A stretch of DNA of 64,000 nucleotides, from the IMG/VR virus record IMGVR_UViG_3300044648_000427. The stretch is one strand, 5' to 3'. Each line of letters starts with the position of its first letter. The stretch's first letter is position 1. This stretch comes from a virus. The translations under genes and the position numbers were made by a program. Below the pieces are notes generated by a model, which did no database searches, was not told the origin of the DNA, and saw only the letters and a list, made by a program, of their open reading frames with translations. Positions 9,008 through 17,466 of the stretch are shown in pieces.

Positions 9008-9210
9008 GCGGAATTGCGGTAGCAACGGCTATAGCGGAACAACGGCACAAGGGTTTAAATACTCTATAATGTATTATATATATCTATTGTTTAACATGTT
9101 ATTAAATAAATCATGTGCGTTATTTATCGCTGTTTGCTCGCCGCAATTCGTCCGCAACTGCCGTTATTCCGCAATTTCCGCTTTTCGCTATTCGTCAATC
9201 CGCCCGCCGC
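9008..9210. repeat. inverted phased (G/A)CGG arrays flanking an AT-rich core, locus 2
   Basis: Plus strand: 9008, 9016, 9025, 9034, 9042; minus strand (CCGY): 9141, 9152, 9161, 9169, 9178, 9200; AT-rich core about 9051-9112. Confidence 0.75.
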
Positions 9211-9415
9211 AAATCATCGGATTAGCGATATAAGGAATATATATATGTTGCGGCCACACGCCCACAGAGCCAATGTGTATATAATGATCAAAGGGTAATA
9301 TAAATGTTTAATAGATATTGAATGTTCCACGGTTCACTATAAAGAGGCTTTCACTCCTATGCCCTCTCGGGTCTGCACCCCAATAAGTATTATATATATT
9401 AAAGGTAATATAAAC

Positions 9416-9601
9416 CTATTTGTTTAAACTACATGAACCATTATTACAAGTCCATAATACTTTCCTAGGTTTGCCAATTGAATCTTTATAAGCAACTTCA
9501 TATATATCGTATTCTTCGTTATATTCTTCAATAACAAAAAAGGTTTGTTGGTAATGTTTTTGTAAATACAGATTACATTCAGGACATTTCATATTGATCA
9601 C
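9416..9601 (-). CDS. Zn-ribbon micro-protein
   Basis: CPEC...CNNGSC. Confidence 0.55.
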   Translation of the reverse strand: MINMKCPECNLYLQKHYQQTFFVIEEYNEEYDIYEVAYKDSIGKPRKVLWTCNNGSCSLNK

Positions 9602-9747
9602 CTTATAGTTAAGAATGCGTTATATCTATGTTTGTACTCTTGCTTACATTCAGCTTTACAAAAAAGATCATCTTCACTATATAATAAATCTTCACCGCAT
9701 AACAAACATGTATCTCTATCGTTATCAGAGTAATCGTTTATCCACAT
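9598..9747 (-). CDS. 49-aa CxxC/CxxxC micro-protein
   Basis: Hand translation MWINDYSDNDRDTCLLCGEDLLYSEDDLFCKAECKQEY...; GTGA overlap with next gene. Confidence 0.6.
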   Translation of the reverse strand: MWINDYSDNDRDTCLLCGEDLLYSEDDLFCKAECKQEYKHRYNAFLTIR

Positions 9748-9829
9748 ATAAGTTATATCGTTAGTTGGTAATATAAAGGTTTGTATTGATAAGAAAAAGA
9801 AAAAAAAGGGTAAAAAGGTTAAAAAGGGC

Positions 9830-10183
9830 TTAATTTAGGCTTGAATCGTTGCCATAGTGTTCATTGTTTTGAGTTACAAAAGGATCTTTTCCTTCATGTT
9901 CATAAATTTTTTTTAGTTCGTGCATCATTGGTTCCCAAGATTCGCCAAAGCAAGCCGGAAAATATTCTACGGAACAAATATTATTAAGTGCGTGCATAAC
10001 ACCTAAACAGGAATCGCTTTGTAGTTGGCTGCATTCCTGTAAGCCCTCAGAAATAACCTGATTTACTGGGCTGTTCTCTTCACTATATACCATCTTGGCG
10101 GCATTGGCTACCAATAACAATGTTACTACTGCACTAAATGCATATATGCTCTTCATGTTTATGTCTGATAATCTGTTTATCAT
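9830..10183 (-). CDS. secreted Cys-containing protein
   Basis: Hydrophobic N-terminal signal peptide; four Cys. Confidence 0.6.
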   Translation of the reverse strand: MINRLSDINMKSIYAFSAVVTLLLVANAAKMVYSEENSPVNQVISEGLQECSQLQSDSCLGVMHALNNICSVEYFPACFGESWEPMMHELKKIYEHEGKDPFVTQNNEHYGNDSSLN

Positions 10184-10219
10184 GTATGTATGTATGTAAT
10201 AGGGGATATATAATTGTTT
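10184..10219 (-). promoter_or_regulatory. (ATAC)n-class promoter
   Basis: Minus strand AAACAATTATATATCCCCTATTACATACATACATAC-ATG. Confidence 0.7.
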
Positions 10220-10362
10220 ATATGATCTAATAAAAAATAAAATAAAATAAAAAATAATATATATAATGTTTTAATCGGAACATTTATATAACAAACTAAT
10301 TATTATATTTATTATAAAGTGATGATCGAGATGTGAAAAGAAATAAAAAAAAAAATAAAAAT

Positions 10363-10398
10363 GATCTGCGGCTTGCGTGGCTGCGGCCACAGCGGATC
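10363..10398 (+). repeat. GCGG array / nested hairpin, locus 3
   Basis: GCGG/GCGT at 10368, 10375, 10383, 10392; GATCTGC/GCGGATC encloses GTGGC-TGCG-GCCAC. Confidence 0.55.
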
Positions 10399-10565
10399 GA
10401 TTTTGATTTTGGATCGACGGGCGAAAAAAAAAGTTGAGCCTCGTTTAAAAAATTTTACCCCCGCAGGTGTGAGGAAGCCCATTTGTTTGATCGGGGATCA
10501 AAAACCGCTATATCAACACTATATACATTAGAAAACCTTATTAATTATAATTTTTTCTAATATAA

Positions 10566-11525
10566 ATGTTGAGTAAATTAGTATATAAATATAAAACCTA
10601 TGATTTTGTTATTCCAAATTTAAGTTCAGAAGCAATAGAAAAACATATAAAGAGGAATAGATATAAAAAGAAACCCTTCATATGTCATCCAAAAATAACC
10701 GTAGCAATGAACAAGTGGTTTAAAGTTATATATTCAAAACAATATCTCACTAAGAAATATAATAAAACACATAAAGAAAAATGCAAGCAATTAGGTAAAA
10801 TACGAATATTTACCGAAAACCAGAAAGAACGACGTAGAATAAAAGGCAAACAAAATTACTATAAAAATATAAACAAAAGACGAAAACAAGCAAGAAATTA
10901 TTATTATAAAAAAAATACTATTAATCAGGAATCAATAAACATTAAATTTGTTTTTATAAATTGGTTTAAACCAAAATATGAAATACCAAAAAGAAAATAC
11001 AAATATATTAGACCTATATTCTCGAACATTAAAATAGCCTTAAATTGGTTTGAACCAAGAAAAACAAAACCATACAAAGAAACATTAATAGAATATGATT
11101 ATAATCAACTCAAAAATATAAAAGGATTTATGGAGATTTTATCACCTAAATATAGAATACCTCAAAAGTCTCTTTCATTACAATATTATCATAATAATAA
11201 AAAAAGACTACGAAAAATAAGGAGTGAAATAGATCTAAAAACAAAAATAGAAGTATTATCACATTATTCAAAAGGGAATTTAGAATGTAAATGTTGTAAA
11301 GATATTGATATCAAACATTTAACCATAGACCATATAAAAGGAGATGGTAATAAACATAGAAAAGAGATAAAAATAAAAGGTGGAGTTGCATTCCATAGAT
11401 GGCTTAAAAATAATAATTATCCAAAAGGGTATCAAGTTCTTTGTCATTATTGCAATGCTAGAAAAGGTACAAGAAAAAAATGTGGATGTACAGTATCAAA
11501 ACATTTAAAAGTAACAACCAAGTAA
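10566..11525 (+). CDS. HNH homing endonuclease
   Basis: CKCC...LTIDHIKGDGNKHR...YPKGYQVLCHYCNARK. Confidence 0.8.
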   Translation: MLSKLVYKYKTYDFVIPNLSSEAIEKHIKRNRYKKKPFICHPKITVAMNKWFKVIYSKQYLTKKYNKTHKEKCKQLGKIRIFTENQKERRRIKGKQNYYKNINKRRKQARNYYYKKNTINQESINIKFVFINWFKPKYEIPKRKYKYIRPIFSNIKIALNWFEPRKTKPYKETLIEYDYNQLKNIKGFMEILSPKYRIPQKSLSLQYYHNNKKRLRKIRSEIDLKTKIEVLSHYSKGNLECKCCKDIDIKHLTIDHIKGDGNKHRKEIKIKGGVAFHRWLKNNNYPKGYQVLCHYCNARKGTRKKCGCTVSKHLKVTTK

Positions 11526-11533
11526 ACGGATCA

Positions 11534-11728
11534 ATGAGGAATCTTAGTGAAACGATAGAGGAAATTATTCTATCTGACAGACAGGAAAGATGGAAAGAAC
11601 AAGCACAAGAAATATTAAGAGAGATTGAAAAAAGAATACATTCAAAGTTCCCAGACAATCCAATAGATACACAATATAAGACTGGTTACTATAATGCAAT
11701 TTGTGATATTATGGGGATATTAAAATGA
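11534..11728 (+). CDS. small helical protein, SLREEI family
   Basis: MRNLSETIEE...EIEKRIH; start moved to ATG 11534. Confidence 0.6.
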   Translation: MRNLSETIEEIILSDRQERWKEQAQEILREIEKRIHSKFPDNPIDTQYKTGYYNAICDIMGILK

Positions 11729-12036
11729 GAGATTGGATAGAATACAACAAGAGATATGATAGAGAAGAAAGAGATGATGTATACAACAAAGCAGATTCAC
11801 TAACAAAGACTGGAAAGGGAATAGTAGGATACGCATCTGGAGGAGGGGCGGAAACCACAATAACTGGTAATAATCTAACGGATATACATATAACCATTAA
11901 TCTTAATCTAGGTGAAAATATAAATCCTAAATCACTAAAAGCAGTAACCGATATAATAAACAAGCTACAGGAGATTAAGGCCCCACAAGTTCAACCGCCA
12001 GTTACTATAATTAGGGAGGATATAGGATGTGAATAG
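11725..12036 (+). CDS. hypothetical protein
   Basis: ORF track; ATGA coupled. Confidence 0.6.
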   Translation: MRDWIEYNKRYDREERDDVYNKADSLTKTGKGIVGYASGGGAETTITGNNLTDIHITINLNLGENINPKSLKAVTDIINKLQEIKAPQVQPPVTIIREDIGCE

Positions 12037-12235
12037 TCTTAGAGAAGAAATATATGAATATTTAGGTAATGATAAAATCACTACTGATGAAATAATATCA
12101 AAGATTGAAAAAAGAATAGATTCAATAATCCATGCAAAAGTCTCAAAATCTCATGTAGACCAATACAGTTGGGAGTCTCGTAATATTGATGAAATAGTTG
12201 GACTGTTGAGAGAAGTTAAGGAGATATTAAAATGA
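12029..12235 (+). CDS. SLREEI-family protein
   Basis: NSLREEI...IEKRID...EVKEILK. Confidence 0.7.
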   Translation: MNSLREEIYEYLGNDKITTDEIISKIEKRIDSIIHAKVSKSHVDQYSWESRNIDEIVGLLREVKEILK

Positions 12236-12324
12236 ATATACCTGTATTCTATTACATTAATGGAGTTATAACAGGAATATCATTGATGTTGATATTTTTA
12301 TATTGGAGAGAATATTTAAAATGA
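12232..12324 (+). CDS. 30-aa single-TM peptide
   Basis: Hand translation MNIPVFYYINGVITGISLMLIFLYWREYLK; ATGA at both ends. Confidence 0.55.
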   Translation: MNIPVFYYINGVITGISLMLIFLYWREYLK

Positions 12325-12452
12325 ACCCATTATGTCCAATACATAATATGATGATGGAATTAACAGAGACAAAGGAAAGAGAAAAAACATACCAGTGTTC
12401 TAAATGCGGAATAAACTGTACTACAATAGAAAGGCCATTAAGGGGAGGTTAA
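12321..12452 (+). CDS. 43-aa Zn-finger micro-protein
   Basis: Hand translation MNPLCPIHNMMMELT...YQCSKCGINC... Confidence 0.6.
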   Translation: MNPLCPIHNMMMELTETKEREKTYQCSKCGINCTTIERPLRGG

Positions 12453-12453
12453 A

Positions 12454-12741
12454 ATGAATAATCTTAGAGAAGAAATAGAGGAAATTATAGAGGATATAAT
12501 AATTGACTCAACTGAACTTGGTCTTGAAGGTAAGGTTTATTTCACTCCACCTACAAAATCTAATACAGAAAAGATAATATCATTAATTGAAAAAGAAATA
12601 GATGAAAGAATACAAGAATTAGAACAAGAACGAAAAGAAATACCAACATGGGATTTATCAAAAGAAGAAAAAGACATCCAAGATATCATAAGTGAACATA
12701 GAATAGATGAACTTAAATATGTTAAGGAGATGTTGAAATGA
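12454..12741 (+). CDS. SLREEI-family protein
   Basis: NNLREEI...IEKEID...VKEMLK. Confidence 0.7.
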   Translation: MNNLREEIEEIIEDIIIDSTELGLEGKVYFTPPTKSNTEKIISLIEKEIDERIQELEQERKEIPTWDLSKEEKDIQDIISEHRIDELKYVKEMLK

Positions 12742-12941
12742 AAGAAAAATGCGGCTGTAAATACCACAAAAGGAATATTCAACGATATTACCAAATAGCC
12801 TTAGATGATCCAGAAACAAAAGAGTATGAATATATATGTGACAAACATCTTAGAGAATTTGTATTAAGAGATTTTAATGCACATCAATGGCATTTAACAG
12901 CACAGAAAACGTTCAATAGAGTTAAGGAGATATTAAAATGA
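12738..12941 (+). CDS. CGC...CxxH family micro-protein
   Basis: CGCKY...ICDKHLREFVLRDFN. Confidence 0.65.
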   Translation: MKEKCGCKYHKRNIQRYYQIALDDPETKEYEYICDKHLREFVLRDFNAHQWHLTAQKTFNRVKEILK

Positions 12942-13048
12942 TAGCACGTATAGGAATTTTTGTTTTTGAAGATGATGCATTAGAAGAAATGGAAAATCTT
13001 CTCTCAAGATATATAAAAGCACAAAAATTGTTGGAGGAGCGGAAATGA
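12938..13048 (+). CDS. 36-aa micro-protein
   Basis: Hand translation MIARIGIFVFEDDALEEMENLLSRYIKAQKLLEERK; ATGA at both ends. Confidence 0.55.
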   Translation: MIARIGIFVFEDDALEEMENLLSRYIKAQKLLEERK

Positions 13049-13287
13049 AAGATAAAATTCATAATCTAATAGTTGACTGTAGAGATAGAGTAATGGTCAA
13101 CGGAAAAGTTGAATATACAGAACAATATTATGTTGATAAAATAATAGAATTGATTGAAACACAAATCGATAAAAAAATTCAACATGTTAATAAAGTCCTG
13201 AATGACCCACGGATTACACTACAAGGATACCACAATATGAAGGGCAAAAAAGAGGCGTTTGAAGAAATTAAGGAGTTATTAAAATGA
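13045..13287 (+). CDS. SLREEI-family protein (divergent)
   Basis: IETQIDKKI...EAFEEIKELLK. Confidence 0.65.
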   Translation: MKDKIHNLIVDCRDRVMVNGKVEYTEQYYVDKIIELIETQIDKKIQHVNKVLNDPRITLQGYHNMKGKKEAFEEIKELLK

Positions 13288-13556
13288 GTCTAAGAGATGA
13301 AATAAAAAATGATATAGCAAGACGATATGTTGAAGACGTAAATCAAGAAATGAATCTTTTAGCAGACCATATTTTTTCAAAGATTAAAAAAAGAATAGAT
13401 AAAATGATAAATGATGTAAACCAAGAATTCAAAAATGAAGGCTACGAAGGAATTAAAGATATTTGGATGAATCTTGACGTTGATGATATTGTAGACTATA
13501 AGGAATTACAGGCCGAGAAAAGGGTTTTAGAAGAGGTTAAGGAGTTACTGAAATGA
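13284..13556 (+). CDS. SLREEI-family protein
   Basis: SLRDEI...IKKRID...EEVKELLK. Confidence 0.7.
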   Translation: MSLRDEIKNDIARRYVEDVNQEMNLLADHIFSKIKKRIDKMINDVNQEFKNEGYEGIKDIWMNLDVDDIVDYKELQAEKRVLEEVKELLK

Positions 13557-13831
13557 AAAAAGCTGGCGACCAATTTGCTGTAGTAGCATCAGTAGTATTG
13601 ATATTACTTGTTATGTTTACTCTTGTTGCGTTTATCAACGGTGCGTTTGCTTCAACAAATGAATCTTTATCTGATATAATAAAAGAAGAGTCAGAAGATT
13701 ATGAACAATACAAGGAAAAAACAAAATGGTGGGACGAAGAAGAAGATGAAAAAGAGCATGAATGTGAGTCAGATGAATGGAATGAAGATGATAAGCAGGA
13801 AGAAAAAGCAATGGAGAGGGCAAGAGATTGA
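13553..13831 (+). CDS. membrane-anchored acidic protein
   Basis: N-terminal TM helix, Glu/Asp-rich tail. Confidence 0.6.
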   Translation: MKKAGDQFAVVASVVLILLVMFTLVAFINGAFASTNESLSDIIKEESEDYEQYKEKTKWWDEEEDEKEHECESDEWNEDDKQEEKAMERARD

Positions 13832-14046
13832 CTATTAGTCTTAGGGAAGAAATGTTAAATTTACTTATGGAGCAAGATACAGAAGGCACAGACATCAAAA
13901 TGCTTCGAAATAATCTAGATGAAATTATTGCAAAGATTGAAAAAAGAATAGATGAATTTATCACAGAAGACAGAAAACGTCCATATGCAGAACAGGATGA
14001 GGTTATCGCTGCAATAGAAGACTTGAAAAAGGAGATATTAAAATGA
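13828..14046 (+). CDS. SLREEI-family protein
   Basis: SLREEM...IEKRID...PYAEQDEVI...KEILK. Confidence 0.7.
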   Translation: MTISLREEMLNLLMEQDTEGTDIKMLRNNLDEIIAKIEKRIDEFITEDRKRPYAEQDEVIAAIEDLKKEILK

Positions 14047-14264
14047 ATAGTCTTAGGGAAGAAATCAAAGAGATATTAATTAAAGATGGTTATAAAGGTA
14101 ATCAAGAATATTATCTGTCTGATGATGAATTAGTAGGATTAATAATCTCAGAGATTGACAGAAGAATAGATAAATTTATAATAAAAGAAAGGAAACTTCC
14201 ATATGCTGAACAAGATGAGGTTATTTCCGGAATAGAAGAGTTGAGAAAGGAGCTATTAGAATGA
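14043..14264 (+). CDS. SLREEI-family protein, tandem duplicate of previous gene
   Basis: Shares PYAEQDEVI and a near-identical 3' DNA segment. Confidence 0.7.
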   Translation: MNSLREEIKEILIKDGYKGNQEYYLSDDELVGLIISEIDRRIDKFIIKERKLPYAEQDEVISGIEELRKELLE

Positions 14265-14437
14265 TTGATGTAAAAGGCTGTGGATGCAGATACAGAGAAA
14301 TAAATGATTCGACGTTTACTAACTGTGAACATTTATGCGAGAACCACGAGAAAGAGTTTATATTACGGTTGTTCAATTGGCAACACGGGCTGAAACAAGA
14401 AAAGGAAGTTGGAGGAGGTTATATTAGTATTGATTAG
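14261..14437 (+). CDS. CGC...CxxH family micro-protein (58 aa)
   Basis: Hand translation MIDVKGCGCRY...LCENHEKEFILRLFN; paralogue of 12738. Confidence 0.65.
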   Translation: MIDVKGCGCRYREINDSTFTNCEHLCENHEKEFILRLFNWQHGLKQEKEVGGGYISID

Positions 14438-14691
14438 TGAAAGTGAAGAATATAATGATTACGATCCGGAATGGGATGATGGAGATGACTGAAATGACAG
14501 ACTGTGAAGACTGTGAATATTATTTCAATACCAGAGACGCCTTTGTTCACGTATATATCGGTGACGTTAAAGTAATAATAATAGCATGCCCGAAACACAG
14601 AGAGGAAGCATATCAGAATCTAAAAGACTTGAGAAAAACAAAAGAAGAGAATGACCAACTGAAATTAGCATTAAAGGAGCTGTTAAAATGA
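14437..14691 (+). CDS. Zn-finger protein
   Basis: CEDC...CPKH; ends in a class A repeat. Confidence 0.55.
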   Translation: MKVKNIMITIRNGMMEMTEMTDCEDCEYYFNTRDAFVHVYIGDVKVIIIACPKHREEAYQNLKDLRKTKEENDQLKLALKELLK

Positions 14692-14825
14692 AAGTACTGA
14701 TCTGCGATTACTGCAACAAATCGATCCAAGAGGAAAACTATATATGTGATTGTACATCAGAAGACATTGTGAAATATTTTCATCATACAAATTACAAGGA
14801 TTGTTGGTGGAGGGTTAAATGCTAA
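14688..14825 (+). CDS. 45-aa Zn-finger micro-protein
   Basis: Hand translation MKVLICDYCNKSIQEENYICDC...HH...C. Confidence 0.55.
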   Translation: MKVLICDYCNKSIQEENYICDCTSEDIVKYFHHTNYKDCWWRVKC

Positions 14826-15256
14826 TCACTTGCCTAAATATAAATAAAAAAAGGATATTTAGTGAAGAACATAAAAAAAAATTAAGTGAAGCAGCAAAAG
14901 GAAGAAAACATTCTGAAAAAACACTGAAAAAGATGAGTGAATCTCATAAGGGGCATATCCTTTCTGAAGAAGGTAAAAAGAAAGTAAGTGAATCTAAAAA
15001 AGGAAATAAAAATCCGATGTGGAAAGAAAATATAACCTACTACTCTTTACATGAATGGATTAGAAATAACCTACCTAAATCAAAATTATGTCAACTTTGT
15101 AAGTTAGTTCCACCATATGATTGTGTTAATATAACAGGTATCTATAATAGAGACTTCAAAAACTGGTTGAGAGGATGTAGAAAATGTCATATGATTTCTG
15201 ATGGAAGATTAGACAACTTACATGAAAGAAAAAAAAAGAGGATTAATATCTTATGA
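14819..15256 (+). CDS. NUMOD3-repeat homing endonuclease-like protein
   Basis: FSEEHKKKLSE / HSEKTLKKMSE / LSEEGKKKVSE repeats, NPMWK, LHEWIR...CxxC...CxxCH. Confidence 0.7.
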   Translation: MLITCLNINKKRIFSEEHKKKLSEAAKGRKHSEKTLKKMSESHKGHILSEEGKKKVSESKKGNKNPMWKENITYYSLHEWIRNNLPKSKLCQLCKLVPPYDCVNITGIYNRDFKNWLRGCRKCHMISDGRLDNLHERKKKRINIL

Positions 15257-15405
15257 ATATAACATGCCCCCATTGCAAAAAGCGGCCCAACGCACAGGGG
15301 CCATTTCCGGCTGCGTTTTGGACGGAAATAACGTGTGAGTACTGCAAAGGAGTATTTGATTACAGATTAGGCGAGATAAGGCCAAGAGAAAATGAAATTC
15401 AATAA
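15253..15405 (+). CDS. 50-aa Zn-ribbon micro-protein
   Basis: Hand translation MNITCPHCKK...ITCEYCKGVF. Confidence 0.6.
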   Translation: MNITCPHCKKRPNAQGPFPAAFWTEITCEYCKGVFDYRLGEIRPRENEIQ

Positions 15406-15610
15406 AGATTTAGATTATATGATGAATGCAACAAGAAAAGATTATTGTTGTATGGATTTAATGAGGTGTGGATGGATAGAGCTTGATTTTTATGGAAAAA
15501 GGATTGTTTTAGCTACTGATTCAGGTGATGGAACATACACTTCGTTTGGATCTGAGTCAAAGAGCGGCGTGAAATTCTGCCCGTTTTGTGGAGAGAAGAT
15601 AGAGAAATGA
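15392..15610 (+). CDS. Zn-binding protein
   Basis: YCC...KFCPFCGEKI. Confidence 0.6.
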   Translation: MKFNKDLDYMMNATRKDYCCMDLMRCGWIELDFYGKRIVLATDSGDGTYTSFGSESKSGVKFCPFCGEKIEK

Positions 15611-15849
15611 AAGATATTAGCCCTTATGAAAATATGTCTGAAGAACAACTTAAAGAATTAGCCGATAAAAAAGCACAAGAAGCTTGGGATAACCTTGGTT
15701 TTGGAGGTAAACCAAAATTCCTGTGTATACATTGTTATAAACCATGTGAATATGATGAACTTAATAATAATATTGAGTGTAAGAAATGCGACCTTAATTG
15801 GACATTAGAGTCAATGAAAAAAGATTGTGAAAGGATGTTAGAAGAATGA
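15607..15849 (+). CDS. Zn-finger protein
   Basis: CIHC...CKKC; start moved to the coupled ATG 15607. Confidence 0.6.
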   Translation: MKDISPYENMSEEQLKELADKKAQEAWDNLGFGGKPKFLCIHCYKPCEYDELNNNIECKKCDLNWTLESMKKDCERMLEE

Positions 15850-15983
15850 AATGTTCTAAATGTAAACAAGAATTTTCAATTAACATTCCTGACAATCATA
15901 CTATTTTAAGAATGAAAAATATAAGAATGATAACTTGGGTTTGTAATCGTTGTAATATTGAAAATAGGGAGTATGTAAGATGA
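15846..15983 (+). CDS. 45-aa Zn-finger micro-protein
   Basis: Hand translation MKCSKCKQEF...WVCNRCNIEN. Confidence 0.6.
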   Translation: MKCSKCKQEFSINIPDNHTILRMKNIRMITWVCNRCNIENREYVR

Positions 15984-16066
15984 AGTGTAAACATAAACAT
16001 ATTTTCGGAGGTTTTGCTTATGGTTCAAATGATATACATACTTGTTCTTGTTGTTTAGATGGATAA
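15980..16066 (+). CDS. 28-aa Cys/His micro-protein
   Basis: Hand translation MKCKHKHIFGGFAYGSNDIHTCSCCLDG. Confidence 0.45.
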   Translation: MKCKHKHIFGGFAYGSNDIHTCSCCLDG

Positions 16067-16069
16067 AAA

Positions 16070-16168
16070 ATGAGATGCCCAATTTGCGAAAGAGCTCATA
16101 GAGGAAATATGCCTAATTACTTATGCCAGTGTTTTTGTCATAAAACTATGGGAGTAGAATTAATTTGA
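16070..16168 (+). CDS. 32-aa Cys/His micro-protein
   Basis: Hand translation MRCPICERAHRGNMPNYLCQCFCHKT; preceded by GATAAAAAATG. Confidence 0.55.
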   Translation: MRCPICERAHRGNMPNYLCQCFCHKTMGVELI

Positions 16169-16527
16169 CCTGCCCTAGTTGCGACAGCCCGTATGGTTTA
16201 TATGTATCTCATAGAAAGAAAGATGCAATGAACTTGTACAAGTTATCATGTAAAGACTGTAATTTTATTACTAATCAATGGATTGATGAAAGTAATCCAG
16301 ATAGTTGTATGTTGTTTTATAGTTTTGGTATTAACCCATATGATGAATGGGGGCCTGATGAATACCCAGAACGCTTTAAGGATGGAAATTTTTCAACAGA
16401 GGAAGAAATGGAAAAATTTGAAGCATCATATGAGGTAATATTGGTTGAAGACAGACCTCAATGGAAAAATTATAACGACGAATTTTATTATATTGAAGAA
16501 CAAGACTTTAAATATCGGCCCGTGTAA
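16165..16527 (+). CDS. Zn-ribbon acidic protein
   Basis: CPSC...CKDC. Confidence 0.6.
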   Translation: MTCPSCDSPYGLYVSHRKKDAMNLYKLSCKDCNFITNQWIDESNPDSCMLFYSFGINPYDEWGPDEYPERFKDGNFSTEEEMEKFEASYEVILVEDRPQWKNYNDEFYYIEEQDFKYRPV

Positions 16528-16535
16528 ATAACATT

Positions 16536-16778
16536 ATGGAACACTGTAGTAGATGCGGTCGAATAGATAGTGAGCCTTCAGGTTTTATAATGGAAGAAAA
16601 ATTTCCAGAAAATGAAATCAAGTTCGGCGGAATATGCAAGTGGTGTATGACGCCCGATGATTCATACAAGGAAATTCCTCAAGAAGAAAGAGATTTCGGA
16701 GGGTGGTTCATGGATATGAGAACGGATGATGAGAGGACTTGGTTTATTAGGAAAAGGATAGAGTTATATGGGAGTTAG
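16536..16778 (+). CDS. Zn-finger protein
   Basis: CSRC...CKWC. Confidence 0.6.
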   Translation: MEHCSRCGRIDSEPSGFIMEEKFPENEIKFGGICKWCMTPDDSYKEIPQEERDFGGWFMDMRTDDERTWFIRKRIELYGS

Positions 16779-16811
16779 AAATCATAGATATTAAAGGAAT
16801 AAAGATAAAAA

Positions 16812-16967
16812 ATGAAAATATTCATACCATGTAAATATTGTAAAGGTGGATATAGAGAAGGCGATGAAGAAAAAAAACAAGAACATGAAATATTATGTAA
16901 ACAACGTCACGAATGGATAATAAAGAGAAGAACAGAAGAATTGGGAGAGAAAGAAGATAAAAAATGA
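16812..16967 (+). CDS. cassette micro-protein B1 (51 aa, CxxC...HxxxC)
   Basis: Hand translation MKIFIPCKYCKGGY...HEILCKQRH. Confidence 0.7.
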   Translation: MKIFIPCKYCKGGYREGDEEKKQEHEILCKQRHEWIIKRRTEELGEKEDKK

Positions 16968-17119
16968 AATCTAATCTTGATTATATATTGGGCTTTCTAA
17001 ATCTTTTAAATGAATATGCTCTTGAACCGAATAAGAATCTAACAAAAGACGATATTAAATTAAAGAGACGAGTTATTAAACATATTAAATTATTCTATAT
17101 AGAGGAAGATAAAAAATGA
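16964..17119 (+). CDS. cassette micro-protein B2 (51 aa, helical)
   Basis: Hand translation MKSNLDYILGFLNLLNEY... Confidence 0.65.
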   Translation: MKSNLDYILGFLNLLNEYALEPNKNLTKDDIKLKRRVIKHIKLFYIEEDKK

Positions 17120-17292
17120 ATAATGAGTTAGAGATTAAAGTAGTTAGAGATAATGATGAGTTTAAGGTTTGTAATATATGTGATAATGAAATAACTAGAA
17201 CAGGAGATTACTATCTTGATATGCCTAAAGAAGTTAAGACAATATGTATAGATTGCGTAGAAAAAATAAATAAAGTATTTAGTGAATGGTAA
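17116..17292 (+). CDS. cassette micro-protein B3 (58 aa, C4 Zn finger)
   Basis: VCNICDN...ICIDCVEKI. Confidence 0.7.
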   Translation: MNNELEIKVVRDNDEFKVCNICDNEITRTGDYYLDMPKEVKTICIDCVEKINKVFSEW

Positions 17293-17301
17293 AGATAAAA
17301 A

Positions 17302-17466
17302 ATGAAACGTCAGAAAAGAAGGTGTGTTTATTGTGCAACCTATTTTACAACCATAACAGGTAGGCTATCTTGTATACAATGTTCACAAAAGTCTAATGAA
17401 GAACGTGATAGAATATTCAATGAAAGAGTTGAGTTCCTTAGGAGTGAGGAGAAAGATAAAAAATGA
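17302..17466 (+). CDS. cassette micro-protein B4 (54 aa, C4 Zn finger)
   Basis: RCVYCAT...SCIQCSQ. Confidence 0.7.
   Translation: MKRQKRRCVYCATYFTTITGRLSCIQCSQKSNEERDRIFNERVEFLRSEEKDKK

Larger units (their letters stand above)
12218..14691 (+). repeat. class A junction repeat AAGGAG(A/T/C)TRYTRRAATGA, 8 copies
   Basis: 18-mers at 12218, 12724, 12924, 13270, 13539, 14029, 14247, 14674; three are exact AAGGAGATATTAAAATGA. Confidence 0.85.

Noticed and set aside
9113-9298. Track ORF MCVIYRCLL...
   Set aside because: Overlaps the phased CCGC array; composition unlike real genes here.
12321-12452. Micro-protein ending LRGG like ubiquitin
   Set aside because: The GG codons are the SD site (GGAGGT) of the next gene and the protein is a 43-aa Zn finger, not a beta-grasp fold.
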